Assembly: GCA_037379345.1 (NCBI GenBank) | Contig: CM074511.1 | Coordinates: 59,898,862 to 59,962,861 of the forward strand | Source of the DNA: Perna viridis | Taxonomy: Eukaryota | DNA length: 64,000 nt | Direction: 5' to 3' | Part shown: positions 14,468 through 29,543 of the stretch, in pieces | Numbering within the stretch: the stretch's first letter is position 1 | Layout: each line of letters starts with the position of its first letter | Position numbers and translations under genes: made by a program | Notes under the pieces: model-generated | Told to the model about the DNA's origin: nothing | What the model saw: only the letters and a program-made list of their open reading frames with translations | Database searches by the model: none

Positions 14468-14535
14468 GTTGATTGATTGATTGTATTTTAACATTTACTA
14501 GTAAATATTATGTCAAGTTCAGGAGGAGAACAATT
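14468..14535 (-). mobile_element. Degenerate relative of the short SINE-like tails
   Basis: (GATT)n tail followed by tttaaca...aaatatt...ttcagga, the same layout as the 31.8-kb copy; no clear TSD. Confidence 0.35.
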
Positions 14536-17500
14536 TGAATTAATAAATATCCCTCCCTTGTACACCCCTCCTTTGTACATTGCAAACAATTTCAGTCATA
14601 CAAATTCTACATGATAAACAATCCATTATAATTAGAATGCTCCGCTGAGAGTCACTTCTAGTACAGGTACAGTCTAATACAACAATCTTTACAGAAATTC
14701 ATCATTTTTGCCTCCAAGATACCTAAAATGACATAGACATATTGTCTAATAAAAACCCTGCTGAGACAATGTAGGTAAAATGGTTTGTAATGTTACTGTA
14801 ATTACGGAATGTCTGTGATCAGGAAGAAGAGTTTTGGTGGAGAGATGATGAGTTTTTTATCTGTACCATCATCTGTAAATGTAATTCACAGGGATATTAC
14901 TCATCTATACCCATCATTTCATTATCATTGTGTAAAGCTCTCAACAATAACATGGAATAAGTGAGGAGTTTTTACTGAAGAAACTTATTTAGTCTACTCC
15001 TCTCCACCATAGTAACTGTATGGCAAAAATATATAATACTGTCTCATGACCCAAGTTGTAGAGATAACTAAAAAGTTATGGATTGATACTTTGACCAATG
15101 GATGGACAAATACTCAAGATTAATTCAATGCAACATTGCTTTTGGACATTTCCTTTTTTTTCATTTTTACACACTTCAAATATGCTGAAATAGGTAGACG
15201 TATGTCCCCTTTACAGAACTGATTATTAATATTACACTCCAGTACCTAAGCACTAATATTCCCCCACAAAACTTTATCTGGAGACAGATTAACTGTTTTT
15301 TTTTAAGACTCTTTCTTCACTTTATTAAGATAAAATTATGTTACAGATCTCAGATCATATAATAATGTTTACATAAAATCACTCCATTAAGATTAACATT
15401 GGGGATTTGTTTTAAATCAGACCCAGTAACAGCATTGTGACCATGGCAATTTGAGCTATTGGATTATCATAGTAGATAGATGATGGTAATAAAAGTTAAA
15501 GCAACTTCCTACAGCATGCTGCTTCTCTCATAAACTATGTACTGTTGTCTAAATGTGCACCTGGTGGTGATTAAAGATGTGCATGGGATGCATTATCTTT
15601 TTTTTTAACTTCCAACACCTAATCCAGATCCCAATGCCCCTGATTCTGTTATCTTTCCAGCTCATGAAATTAAGCACTCAGAACACTGCAATTCTTGAGA
15701 GTTGTTCAATATGAAAAATGCAAATTAACACTATATTCCTCTAGAAATGTGAAGAAGAGATGGTTCAACCTAATGTGCTATCTAAATGAAATTTTCATTC
15801 CAATGAATGATTACAAAGAAAGAAACCCTAGTAAAAATCAAATCCAAGATATTCAATAGAAAATAATGGAGTTTAAATATACATGTATATTACAACAGTG
15901 CCTATTATTCCACTTGCTTGGTAATTTTTGGGATTTTACAGAGGTATTAAAATTCAAAATTGCAACTGAGATGCTGATAATAATATCCATCTTAGAACAA
16001 CATATATTTATAGTTGTTTATACATTTATGTATTGAAATTGTTTTGAAGCACATACAAAATTGTTAAAAATGCAACTTAACTATCCCTTTATCAAAAAAT
16101 TGTCAATCATAAATATTAATATTCAAACAAAATTATATTTTTGGATTTTCTTGATTACCAATTTATCTTACAAACTTCATTTAACCATTTGTGAAAGATA
16201 CATTTATGTCTGGCAGCTGACACTTCTCCATTAGACAGAATTTCAGAGCAAGACGGCATACTGTCTTGCCACTTGTAACAAAATGGATGTTTTCTGATAA
16301 ATCAAGAGGTGTCTCTAATGGCAGAAAACAAAGTAAAGTGTCATTATATCCTATGATTCTTCTTCCATCAATAACAGTCTCAGTAAAGTGATACTGAACA
16401 AACAGAACGGACAACCAATTTTTTTTGTAAAACATGAAACATAATGCTGAGAAAGTCCACATTAACTTCTAGGTTTGGAAATTCCCATCATTTAATTTTA
16501 TTGACCTTAAAAAAATCACAAGTAAATTAAAATTAGTTTCTTTGAAATTTGAATAATTACAAACATCTCAATGCATGACAGTTCCATTTCACATCATAAA
16601 AGGATTTTAACATCTAATTTTAGTTTTATTATGGAAAATATTGGAAGTAAAAAGAATGGAGAGAAAACCAAGGAAGTTGGAAACAAAACAAAAAAAGAGA
16701 GTTACTTAGCCCGATTAACCAAACATTATCATTATCCTTATTATCAATATTAATAACTCACAAGTATAATTGAGTATGTCAATATTGGTATTTTGGGCGA
16801 CAATTTTTGCAACAATTGTTGCTTAAGCACTGTTTAAAACAGATAAATTAAACAAGGATGACAGGTTTTCAACATAAGCAGCAAAGCAGAAAAGAACACT
16901 TTTGTTTGACACAAAAGGATCGATTAGTGTTTTAATGATTGTCATTGTGACAGGTGGTGCCGCTTTTGTTTTTCCAAACAAAATCAAAATTTCTGTTTGT
17001 TATCACAAAAGGATTCCAATATTCTGTCGCAACATCCCTGCACGTTTTTCAAATAGTCAATATCAATTTGAAAAGAAATGACGAAAACTAAACAATCATA
17101 AGAATTGAATCAATGCAAATCTTTAGACAGTAAAATTTCTCACATCCATCATTTTGTGCTGATAAGGAAATCCAATCCTATGTATCTGGAGCAATGGTAA
17201 CCCAAGTCATTTGGGGCCATTGTGAGCAATACAAAAAACATCTAATTTGTTGATAAAAATCAAATTACGATTAATCAAACCCTCAAAAGAGAAGTGACTT
17301 CTTTCCTAGCGACACATGACTAATTCTTTTCTGCTACTGTAATGGGGTAAATTGATTCAATTACATATTTCATGATTTGATAGAAAAATTTTGTTTGATG
17401 GAATTTCTCAACACTTGTGGATTAACTTGTGCTGAGCATGAGCCCATGAATTTCATTACCAAAGAGAAGCTTACTATTATAACATGACTTTTTGAATTCC

Positions 17501-18764
17501 TTAATAGGAAAAACTATTGAGTTTCTATATCCTCATGAAAGCTTGTTGTGAATTGTTTATTGACCTCAAGAGAGCTATTATGATACATGAGAACTTTAAT
17601 AAGGTAATTGTTGTGGGTATAAAATGACCATTAAATCAATTTCTGGAAATCCCTACTTTCTAAAAAAAATGTTGATATTGTTCTGATGGTACTGATTAAG
17701 ATGGAATATTGAACACTTTGATCAATTGATGAAGCACTTCACCATTGAAACAGATAGTATAGAGAAACAAAGCCTGCTCCAATACAGTACATAACCAATG
17801 AAGCAGAAGGCTGATCATAGACACTTTCATTTTAATTGACTTCAGGGAAAAAGAAGTACCCAGGGTGTTGCTGTCAGTCATCACCTTAAAAGGGATTTTG
17901 GAGCATCATACAACCTAGTAAAAGGAAAGAAAAAAGGCCATTAAAACTGAACATTCAGAGTACATTGAAATAATCACCTCTTTTTACCTACACCCAAAGG
18001 ATACATTGCTCTTTAGTATATCTCTGTGCTCTTAAGAACACCAATTCACACACATGCAGACCAACTGGTGAAGTTGGAAACATTTGATATTTGCTCAAAC
18101 ACAGAAAACTTAAAAACAAAGAATAAATCTTGAATATTTCTGACTCGGCAGTGTCTATTTTTTGGTTTGGAGAGTTATCAAATAAATCTTCATCCAAACT
18201 ACAGGAAAAGAAACTTACTTGAAACAACTCCTGTTTGATAAACATTCCCCCATAAGCAAGAGACTATCAAACAATGATTAGCTCTGTAAATCTTTGACAA
18301 GATATTGTCTACTGCAGTCAGTCATCTTGAATAGCAATTACTGAATCTTACAGCACAGAAACTTGGCACAAGACTTCAAACATCAAGGAGGCATTCAGGA
18401 TCTGCCTCATCTGAATGTCAAATTTAACAATGGGATAGTTAAGGAACAGATTTGTATAGATCATACCATGGATAATAAGGATAGTACAAATACTGGTTCA
18501 ATCAAATATTGGAAAATTACAGTGAGTGAAATAGTTTACCTAACAGGAAAGTGTGGTCTTCTTTTGATTGAAAGACCTGATGAGCTGCCTAAAGTAGTTA
18601 ACTGGACAACTGAAAAGATTTGAACTTTATATTATTTCATATGTCAGATACTCGGGCAGATAGAAATCTTTAATACATGTTAACTATCTAACATAGCTCT
18701 TTAGGTTACTTTAATGGTCATTCAATCTCTATCATCTGACATTAGCAATTTAACTAACTATGAG

Positions 18765-19010
18765 AAAGAGTAATCAAGGGAACCAAGGTTATAGCGGTAA
18801 TCAAAAGAATGTAATCCAGGGACAAAGACCAGACATGGAAAACAGACACACACAACAAAGAACATAAAGTAACTAAAATCATACATACAAAGTAACAAAA
18901 GTAAATGAGCAACTCGGACTCCACTAAAAACTGGGAGCATGGACCAGGTGCACCGGTAGGGTAAGCATCCTCTGCTTTTCTAGAAACACCCGCCGAGTTG
19001 CTCATAAAAA
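18765..19010 (-). mobile_element. ~245-bp interspersed repeat, copy 1, with structured core
   Basis: Closely similar to 59846-60088 and, inverted and partial, 60308-60466; internal 13-bp inverted repeat 18905-18917/18993-19005; element class and strand uncertain. Confidence 0.8.
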
Positions 19011-19769
19011 GTCAAGTCCAGGGAGTTCATTACAAGACTTAATGACATTGTCATTGTCATTGTCATTTACTGTTTTTAGTTGTGTTTTGTTTTGATAGAA
19101 GAAGGTTTTATAAGAGTACAAGTTTATCATTTTAATGACTTTCAGCAATGTAGACTTTTTTTCAAATGTTGGTCACACCAAAATAGCAATGTGCAAAATT
19201 CTCACATTTTTTCATACTTAGAAGATTTAAAATTACAATATAAATATCTAAGATGCTGGGAAACCCCCAGTACAAAATATACAACTGTATCATTTATCAG
19301 TAAAAGAAAGCTGAAGAAACAGTAATGATAAGTCATAATGATAAGTTTATTACAAGAATTCATATTTTCCTGTGGTTCCAAGCATGAACTAATGAGTACT
19401 CCAATAAAAATGAATTTCTGTAACATTTGTTTAAGCCCTCTTCCCACAGTTAAAATACTCAGGGTCAATAACTCTGGAATGCAACAGGTGAAAGAACAAA
19501 TAATCATTGATTTCAAGCAGTGAAACTAGTCTTACTATTAATTTATGTTTACAAAAACATTCATAGAAAGGATAAAATAAAATAAAACCATAGTACATCA
19601 CTTATCACAAATGGATTTGCAGTGGCATAATATAAGACCTGATTCATACTTGGAATTAGATTACCACATCTATTGTTTACCATCAATCATTGAATAACAT
19701 ACTTAACATTTGCAAAAATGCATAAAACGAGGGGATATCATACCACATACAATAGTTTTTATAGTGAGA

Positions 19770-19910
19770 TATATTTTCACTTCATTTATTTTGGGACCTT
19801 TCCTTTATGGTATGGATTTTGCCCATCATTGAAGACTGCAGAAATTCAATTGTTTATTGCTTTGGCTTTTGGTGGATAGGGAATCATACCACACAGCTCC
19901 TTTTTTCATA
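19770..19910 (+). repeat. Eroded copy of a common mussel-type interspersed repeat
   Basis: ggtatggattttgcccatcattgaagac...aatcataccacacagctccttttttcata; recognised from memory only, single copy in the window. Confidence 0.3.
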
Positions 19911-22900
19911 ATGACACATGTATCAGTTAGCCACCAACAATGATGTCTAGATTGGTTGAAATGAGAAGTAAATCCAAACTGCCTTGTCTAAGGATATGTA
20001 TAAGGTATCACTCTAAAAGCTTATATTCAGCAAAGGAAGGAAAGAAAAATTCAATTATTAATTAAAGAGCAGATATCTGAAACTTTTGCCCCACTTCATG
20101 GTAGTGATCTAATAGCTTTCCATAAAAACTAGCAGCATGGTTGTCACCAAAATCACTGCAATAAAATCGAGAAACAAACAGAAGCTTTGTATGATTTTAC
20201 AGCTCAATAATTTTGACATCAAGTAAATTTGATGACTTTAAATTTGTTCATTTCACAAAAAACAATTTAAATTACAAAATGTTTCATGTTTCACAGATAA
20301 AATTGCAACTGCATTAGTTTGGGACATAAATAACCAAATGATTTCTAATCCCTGCAGTGTCAATATCTTGATATGCTGAATTACATAAATCAACACAGCA
20401 ACTTTAACTAATGAAAAAAGTCATTCCTTTGGTATAAGTTAATGCTTGCACTTCTAGAAGATAGATTACAGCATCTATGTGCATTAAAATATCTGTGGTC
20501 GATTAAAATCTACAAGAAAACACTGGGCTACAATCCTCGAAGAAATGAACGCGTGTATGATGGCCAGATATGGAATAAGGCAAAGTAACTACAGCAAAAT
20601 AGATAGTTAACTTCAATGATTAAATTTGGTCTTATCTTGAATGAATGACCATTACCTGAAGAATGGTCTAGGTAGTTAACTGCAGAATTGACGAAAAGAT
20701 TTAGCACAGACCAAATGCCAACAAACTACAGACAAATAAGGGAAAAAAGTATAAAAATTACTGGCAGCTGGATTGCAAATGAACATGAAATGATTTATGA
20801 TATGATCCTGCATTCATTGTATTTAAAAAAAGACAGCACTGTTTGAAATTGATATAAAGCTTAAACCATGTAAAAACAAGCATTTCTCGTCATCACCACC
20901 TACAACCACAACTTGACAAAAACATCTTGTTTTGCTATTAGAGCCCAAGACATTTTTAACAGTTAAAACTCTTAATGACAAATAGTACAGAAACAAGAAA
21001 CCTGAGGGAAAGTTTTGTTCCTTTATTAACTACCACCATACAATGGATTGAGCAGCACTGCTCCTACAGAGTAGGAATTCATTCAACCTTTTTAAGTGAT
21101 AAAACTGTATTAATTCACAGCTTGAAAACATTCCTAGACAGTAGTTCGTCAAAACTTCTTACCACAGACATAACTCCTAAAATCTGCACTGCACAAAAAA
21201 TCATCCCCAAATTTTATAATTTGATAGCATAATTTCATGTACAAAGACTTTGGAATTTGTAAGCATTCAAAATTTAAGATTTCCCAGACAGGAGGACATA
21301 GAAACATTCCACCTCTGTCTCAGCTCATAAAAAAGCCTCACAGCAATAATGTCTTCCAGAAATTCCATATTTTGATAACTTTATTTAATTCACAAAGGAC
21401 TGAACAAAAAATCAAGAAAGCAGATTGTAAAACCAGGAAATGTGTAAAAATTATCTGTTTTTTTGTTCTATTTAAATTATAAAAGATAAAAAGAAACAGA
21501 CTTATCAATAGATCTAAAATATTCATGGTTTGTCATCAAAATAATATTGCTGGATTTTCCATGGCCAATCCATAATGCATTAGAAATTTATTAAGAAAAT
21601 AAACACTTAAGTGCATTATGCAACTCCACTAATTGTGTAAAAATAATTGGAACTAACAGGTTTTCCGCAGGTTTGATCAATATCTTCAAGCTGTAATTAC
21701 TAATAAAACATATTAAACCCTCAGAAATTAAAAGAAATAATAATTTAATAATATTCAGCAATAAAAACAGAAATCAAGAACTAATTACAGTATAAATCAG
21801 AGGATTTTTGTTAACAAATCATTAAAGCACCTGATAATATTTGATTTTCTCTTCATCAGCACCTGAGTTACAGAAGGTAACAAAAGTAATAGAAAGTCCT
21901 TCATCAAACTCCCGGTACTAATGTAGCTACTCAGATTTCTATTTGCAGCTATTCAGAATTCTATTTATTAATTAAAACAATAAACAAGAAACAATAGAAA
22001 TAAAGAGGTCTTTTCTATAACCAAGGTAACAACGTCCAATTATGTCTGCAATATTTTTCAAATTAATTTTCATCAATTCGAATATATCTGACAGAAAATA
22101 AACAAGGACACTCCTGGCACTAGCATCTGCAGATTGGTGAATAATAAGCTCTCAATTAAGAATCAATCTCACTTACTCAAACATCCTTATCAGAGTCTGA
22201 GTTCATTCTTTCTAATAAATACAGTAAACATTTTTTTAAAAATTTGAGTACTAATTATTGTTGTTTCTATCAAACTGACACATTCATATGTATTAATTTT
22301 TTTGGGGGTTTCCAAGTGTCTCATAATTTTTATTTTTAAGATCAATTACTTATAGTCGTTTTGTGACTTTTGGGAAAATATGGAAAAATAAATGTGCAAC
22401 AACATATATATAGCATGTACATTGTTGGAAAAATATCCAATTTATTTGAACCTGTGATTCTGACAGTTCTGCAGTGATTACAAATGTTCATCTATTGTTT
22501 ATATTCTATAAATGTATTCTGAAATAGATGCAGGAAAAAAAGTTGATAAAGCATTTCATTTATGACATATATCGAATGCTGAATTTCGAAACCACAACCT
22601 TAAACTGGTTACATATTTTCTGAAGGTTATTTTGGCAGTTGTAAAATTTTGTGTTTTTGAAGCAATAAAGTGCATAACAGTTTGTGTCTATTATTTTTTT
22701 TACATAGGGAAATTGGTGCACTAAATTCTTTAGCCTGAGTAAATATTTTATGGAAATCATGCTTGTGGTTGTAGACAGACTGCTAAAATACACCAAAATT
22801 GGTATCCAACAACAATAACCCCATATATAATAGGTAAACAGGTGTGTACACCGTATAATGCTACAAACCAAATACAGTAAAAGTTTATTTGTACAGTAAA

Positions 22901-23059
22901 AACCATTGCTGCAAGATACAAATAGACAACACATTCACAGTAATGGCCTTTAGTTCTTTACAGAAATCTATATTATTGTCTTGCATATCCAAGCAAAAAG
23001 CTTCTCATTAAAGACAAAAAGCAGCAAGTTAAAAAACCAATAAACATAGCCATCATCTT

Positions 23060-23108
23060 TTGATCCTTTTGTTACAGCTTCTCTGTTGAAAAGGATTGGA
23101 GACTTGAA
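23060..23108. repeat. 49-bp segment duplicated exactly at 24644-24692
   Basis: ttgatccttttgttacagcttctctgttgaaaaggattggagacttgaa at both positions. Confidence 0.95.
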
Positions 23109-24692
23109 GCATTTTTTTTATTGTGTTCCCTAACCCCATAAATCTAAGAGTCTCTTCTGTTATATATTAATGACATTCCTTGTCATTATGGGTTACAGAT
23201 GGAATCAAATTTATTCAAGGACTTGTAGATGAAAAATTATTTCAGTGCAATATTATATTTATTTATCTAAGTAAGCCACACACAAGTTTACTTAAAGACA
23301 TTAACATGTTGTTTTAATATCCACTTCACATTACCATTCAGATTTACATCCTTTCTACTTAAAAATTCATAGCCATGGCTGCAATCACAATTATGACAAA
23401 ATCACCTTTGTTATTGTAAAAAAAAATCAAAGTCTCACATTAAGAGTCCCAAAATCAAACACCAAAAAGTACTGGTGAGTGTTGAACAGAGGTTGAGAAA
23501 GCATTCAAAGTAAAATCCTGTAACTTTAACTGGGCCATTTCCAGCTTCAATGGGCATATAGCCATCTTCCCCAATCACTGATAGCAGAATTTTTTGTTTG
23601 TGTATCATGCTTCCCTTTTGTGCATGTAATACAAGACTTAATTTATTCGCAATTCATAGATCGGCACTTGAAACAGATGACCTCAATAATGTTAGATGGT
23701 TCCATGATCAGGATTTCAGACCAACGACTTTCAACAATGTCAGAAGAATCCAGGATCACCTCAACATCTTGCACCTTACCACTGGCTATGCGATATCATT
23801 TGGCAAAGTTACACAAATATATCGCAATTCAATATTTATATTATGGAGGAAGCCAATTTCTTAGTTATCATCTGTTTACATCAGCAAGTTTATGAAACCC
23901 CTAAGGAGCTGTGAAAACAGAGATAAAACACATTGTTTCAGATACAGTATGTCAAAAGTTATTATTTTGCTGCCAAATATTCCCATACAATCAAATAAAC
24001 AAATAGATCCCCAGAAATACAAGATGGGAGATTTGTTTCCTGTCTCAAGGCAAAACCTTCTGTTTATGATACCATCTCTACTGCTTTTATAAACCTATCA
24101 CAACTTCCATATCAAATTAATAGAATCTTTCTTTTCCCACAGAGACAGAAAAATCAAATAATTAGTTTATGCTATCCTTTATTCTTTTCAAGAACTTCTT
24201 AAATATAAGCTACTTCTAGCAAGATAAGGGGTCCCCAAATAGTCATTATTTCATTGCAGAAAAATGAATTTCCCATCCAAAATATATAATTGTGGATTAA
24301 TCTGTGAAGTGCATGTTATGTTAATGGTCATGTTATTACTTCAGGGAAAAGTAAAATTCAACCCAATGCCCCTTCTTTTGCAATTTGGAATAACAATAAT
24401 TTAACATTTGGATCAAAGCTCCTATGTTGCCAATGAGGGCATGTGAATGTAGGTAACTTTACACAAATGAAACTATAGACCGAGCCAAATGTTCTAGGAT
24501 TCCTATTTCCCCTTACCCAGGACAAGTGAAATTTTGGTCAGGGAAAGTTAGGTACTTAGTTATACTTTCCCATGGCAAGTTGCAAACTTCATATGCTGTA
24601 AGGATTCGTTCTGTTAGGAAAGCAGTCATTGACTGTGGGAAACTTGATCCTTTTGTTACAGCTTCTCTGTTGAAAAGGATTGGAGACTTGAA

Positions 24693-24833
24693 TTCTTGAA
24701 TATGGGTTTTTGGGTTTTCAGTATACACAAAAATAGGATTCTCCTTTTTCGTTGGGAACCAAATGTCATGGTTAGGCCTACCCATGAAAACCCTAAATAT
24801 TGGTACCCCACGAACAATAGTACTTTCACAGTA
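24693..24833. mobile_element. Fragment of a TACTGT...ACAGTA-ended MITE (Tc1/mariner-like)
   Basis: Ends ...ggtaccccacgaacaatagtactttcacagta, resembling abundant bivalve MITE termini (recognition from memory); possible degenerate left end gactgtgg at 24631. Confidence 0.45.
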
Positions 24834-27800
24834 GTTCTTAACCAATTTTGGACTAGTATTTAACATTTTAAAATACTTTTTTGCTTCCAAAAAAGATTTC
24901 CCCTACCCAAACCTACAGACCTGTCCATTCTAGAAGTGGCCTATTATCTAATAAAACTGACAACAATAAATCATACAGGATTATTAACATACTACTGACA
25001 TGACAATCTGTTCCATATATATTCAAGAGAGCTATTAGCAATATTTCCTATTAAAAATAATTACAAATATACATTTTGTACACAAAAAATGGTAATACAA
25101 TTAATATAATGCAATAATTGCACTTCAAAGTGAAAATCACAAGGCAAATAAAATATCTATGAGATAAGCAGCTGTTTTTAAATGGAAGTAAGCTGTTGCA
25201 TTAAAATGCCACTATACATAAGAACAAACGACATGTGTATTGCTAAAATGTTCATCAATTACCATAAATCAATTCCCATTCATCAAATATTGAGAATCAT
25301 ATCTATAATATATTGATAAGCAACACCTGAAAAATTATATGCCTTTAGAAATTCTACCCTTAGCTAATCTATTAAAGGTATTACCATTGAAATGCAGAAT
25401 TTGCCAACTGATACTACATGTAACAGAATTTTTTAAGTTACCACACAGCAAAGATATGGATAACTGCTCTGGTATCATAAGGTAACATTACATGACTTGC
25501 ATATATTCATATATTTATCACATTTCATTTCCAAAAAAAAAAAATATGGCCATGATCAATTACTTAAAGTCAAGCAAAATATTAGGTTGTATGTTTTGTT
25601 GGTATATATTTTTGGCACCTATGGAATAAAATCTATTAAACAACAGAAGTTGACCTCCCCACCCCAACCTTGTGGAAAAAAAAGGAATCACTCTATTGAG
25701 TCATCAAACAGATAGAAAGCACTTAGCTAGGATCATCATACATTTTTAGTCATACTGACAAACTTAGATTTGTATATCAATGTTACATATACCTGTATCA
25801 TAAAGATAAAAAAAAACATCTTAATACATAACTACAAGTGTTACAACAATAGTAAGTAGACCTTTTTTCAATGAGTTGTACACAAAAAAAAAACTTAAAA
25901 AAAACCAATGAATTGAATGGAAAAATGATGACAACAGACAGCAGCACACACTACTATACACATTGCTTAAATGCCTTCCACAAAATTGGCTAAATACCGG
26001 TACAATTGCAACTCAACTTCCAACCTTTTCCGCCCTGATTTTTATCAATAGCTTCATCAATGCTTTCTTAGCTACATCAAACAGGAAAATACAACTGTCG
26101 AGTACGATTCAAAAGATCTTCCTTTCATTATTGACTTTCACAACCTCCAATCACTGATTGTACAAGCACCACATCCTTTCAGCTTTAATTAGTAGCCAGG
26201 TGTGCAGGCAAAAGAATTGTGCATGCAATGTGTTGCATGCTTTTATTGCAATATTTATTTGACACATGTCAGTGTATATATGTAATTTTTTGGTGCAATG
26301 CATGTAAATGTGTAGTAATTATACACATTCCTGTGCATCAATACAATATTACTGTTAAAGTTTTCTTCTTTATAAACAATAGATGCTGAAGAAGTTCAAG
26401 ATTTTTTAAAAGAAAAGAGCAGTTTTTCTGTTATTAACCCAAGCCCCATTTTCATACATCTTAAATATCAATTTCTTAAAACATTTGATTTCCAGCCCTA
26501 TGATCAACATTTACATCTAACTGAGGATTGATTTCAGGAAAACTGAGATGACTAATGAAATGGGTCAGGGACTAGAAACAAATAAATAAGAACATAAATA
26601 CAAGTGAGTTAGGGAAAATTTAATGGTTAAAACAGCTGAGCCACTAAATATTGCTTAAGAGCTCACTAGTGTGAAACCTGGGGTATCAAGTATTGGGCTA
26701 ATCAACAGTGATAATAAACCATCAGTTTGATCTGTATCCATATCAGTGTATAAAATCACCCTCATCATAGAACTAGCAGACTCATGATGACAAGATATCC
26801 TCAGTAAACATATGGTGATGAATACATAAACCCCTAGCTGTGGGAGCCCAAGTTTACATTTTCAGTAGAACTATTTTATACTTTAGGTCTGCTGACTTCA
26901 GTTTGAAATTAAGAGTTGTCACAGAAGTCTAGATTAACATACTAATACATTGGCAGTTCCTTTGAAATCCCACCATTTGAGTTGTGAATCTGTAAGTTTA
27001 TAAACAATAGTGAACTAAATCAACAACTCAAGTAGTAGGATTCTTTGCAACACTTCAATTCATCACCATAACACTTAAAATACTACTAACTAGGAATAGG
27101 AAATAGAAATTATTCAGAGAAAATGCCAGACAAGCAAAGCTAGCAGTTTACAACTTAATGATCAATTTACCTTATTCACAAGTTCATTCAAAACTTAGAA
27201 TGAAAAGAATTGAAATCAAAATGCAGAAACACACATATGGTGTCTCAACTTTTTAAAAGAACATTCAAAAGGTCACTCTGCTGGAGGCATACATGTACTA
27301 TGGTCTATTAGCAACCTTTCACTTCCCTATTTGGGATTAGGTTACATGCACTGTCTAAACACATGAAATACAATCTCCTACTCACCCAACATTTATCTAA
27401 GCCCCTATGTATACAATTCTTTTCAGATAAAAGCTATACATTTAAAACTTTGAATAATGATATAAGAAATACGTTTAAAAAATTCCATTCTCTTCATGCA
27501 CACACAACAAAAAAAGCAAACAAAATTTTAACTTTCAACTTTTTGATTGATTGACAAGAAGCTTGATTTATACTGACAATGTCAGCAGAGAAGATTCCTC
27601 ACAACACCTAAAAAATCCTTCAAATTCATTCCTTAATTATGAACTAATAAAATTGACTTATTACACCTATCCTGATAATGCAAATTGTACATTAGGAATT
27701 ATGGCATGTGATTAAACCAACACACCTCTAATTACTATCAAGCTGTTCTAGGTTCATTTTTTTGCAATACACAAATGTGAAGATGAGAAAATGTGGTTTT

Positions 27801-29543
27801 AATTATAGAAGAGATAATGAAGAGTTAAAAAACATGTTTCATTGATGTTGAATTTTTATGGAACAACAATTTACTAGTATTAAAAGCTTCAAAGACAAAA
27901 AATGATTCTGAATATTATGAGCTGTGATCATTAGTATATATACACCTGGATGGCATTTTCAATTGCAACTTTTTACCTGAGCATTTTGAAAATTCATCAT
28001 TTTTCCAAAAATATGTTATCATTTAAGAGAAATATTAAACTGGTAACAAGAATAACGAACACCAAGCTTGGTGAAAACACATTCCTAACACTAAGCTCAA
28101 GAATGATATATTAAGATACCTAAACAAGTCAAAATATTTAATTCTCCATTATAATTGGGCAACAATCCCAACTAAGCCGAGGATCCTAGCCACTTCCATA
28201 CATTTCATCCCTTGGCATAGAAGCTATGTGATGTTAATCGCTTCCATTTATAACTATGTTTATATTGCAGGCTAATAAATCTAAATTAAATTCTAAATTA
28301 AATTCCTATCTATGTATCTTAAAGTTTAATTGAAATATTTAATGGTTCTATTATCTGAATGTTCCTATTCATTTATTTTTTTGCAAAATCACCACCAAGG
28401 GACATAACTGCTTAGAATCATCAAAGAATGTAGCATGATGGAAAGGCATAAAATGGCTCTTCTTACATGGTTGAACGAGTTTGAAATCTTTATTGTCTTC
28501 AAATAAATGACATCAATCAAGATATTACTAGATAGAAGTAAAGTTGAAAGATTTTCTCCTAAACCTACAAACATGAAATTTAATTTGCCATAAAATGCAT
28601 CCTTGCAAAATGAGAGAATGGGAGAATTTTTCTGAGTTTATGGTTGATTATTGTTCCCTTAACAGATGTTGTACAATCAAAATTGAAATGAAAAACTGAG
28701 CAACAGAAATAGATCCCAAACTTAATGATCAGGACTATTCCCAAGGAAATATTGGCCTGTAGACAAAAAGACTAGTTTAGTAATAAAATTCATTCATTCA
28801 ATAATTGAAACACAAATGAATGTGCAATTATTTTACAATAAAGCTGGCTTTCAACAGTATTAAATGTAAATGATCATAATATCATGGCAACATATACATC
28901 ATCTACATATAAAAGTTCATTTACCAGAAAAGACATAAATGTGAAGATTTGAGAATAAAAAAATGCTCTATTTCTCAGCAACAAACTACCCTTTGACTTT
29001 CTTATTGTTTGATTATTGTCATTCTTAATGCTTAAAAACCTGCAAGAAAAATAGTCCAGAATTTACAAAATCTTAGTTTTTACACAGAAAAAAGAGTGAC
29101 CGTTATATATTTGGCCTTCCAATTCAGGATGAAACAAGAGCAGTGCTCCAGGTCCCAAGTCTTGCAACAAGAGTAAAATTTCATAGAAAATTATTTTCTT
29201 TCCCCATAAGCCTTCAACTGACCAAGTTTTGTGAAATTCTATGAAGGTGTTCAAAAGTTACACTCCAGAAACCAAAAAACTTGCATTATGGATCTTTTTA
29301 ACATTACAGAAGCAGAATTTTTCCCAAAATTGCTAAGATTTAAACAACATTTTCGGCTGAAACTATGAAATTGCATGGTTTAATTTGCATTTTCGATTAA
29401 AATTACAAAATTGCAATTATTAATGCCATCAACATTTTCAAGAAGAGTTTCTCAGACTTTAGACTAATGACTAAATAGAAAGTACAGCCTACAACTTCAA
29501 AGGTAGGCAAAAAAGGATTCAAAATAAATAACAACTGACTGAC

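Noticed and set aside
18218-18245. MFIKQELFQ followed by a phase-0 GTAAGT donor in intron 3 (possible extra first exon)
   Set aside because: No promoter-like or CpG signal, it would truncate the PET domain, and such matches are expected by chance in 18 kb
18754-19005. 83-aa and 60-aa ORFs that recur at 59806-60143 and 60327-60560
   Set aside because: They are translations of the interspersed repeat's T-rich strand; starts and ends differ between copies
21163-21183. 21-nt in-frame cassette candidate (ILGVMSV) in intron 3
   Set aside because: Weaker splice sites with competing AGs, and it would interrupt the conserved PET domain; shows the chance rate for microexon-like patterns
23598-23895. 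Coding-looking stretch open in several frames
   Set aside because: No recognisable domain or consistent splice sites; possibly an eroded transposon fragment
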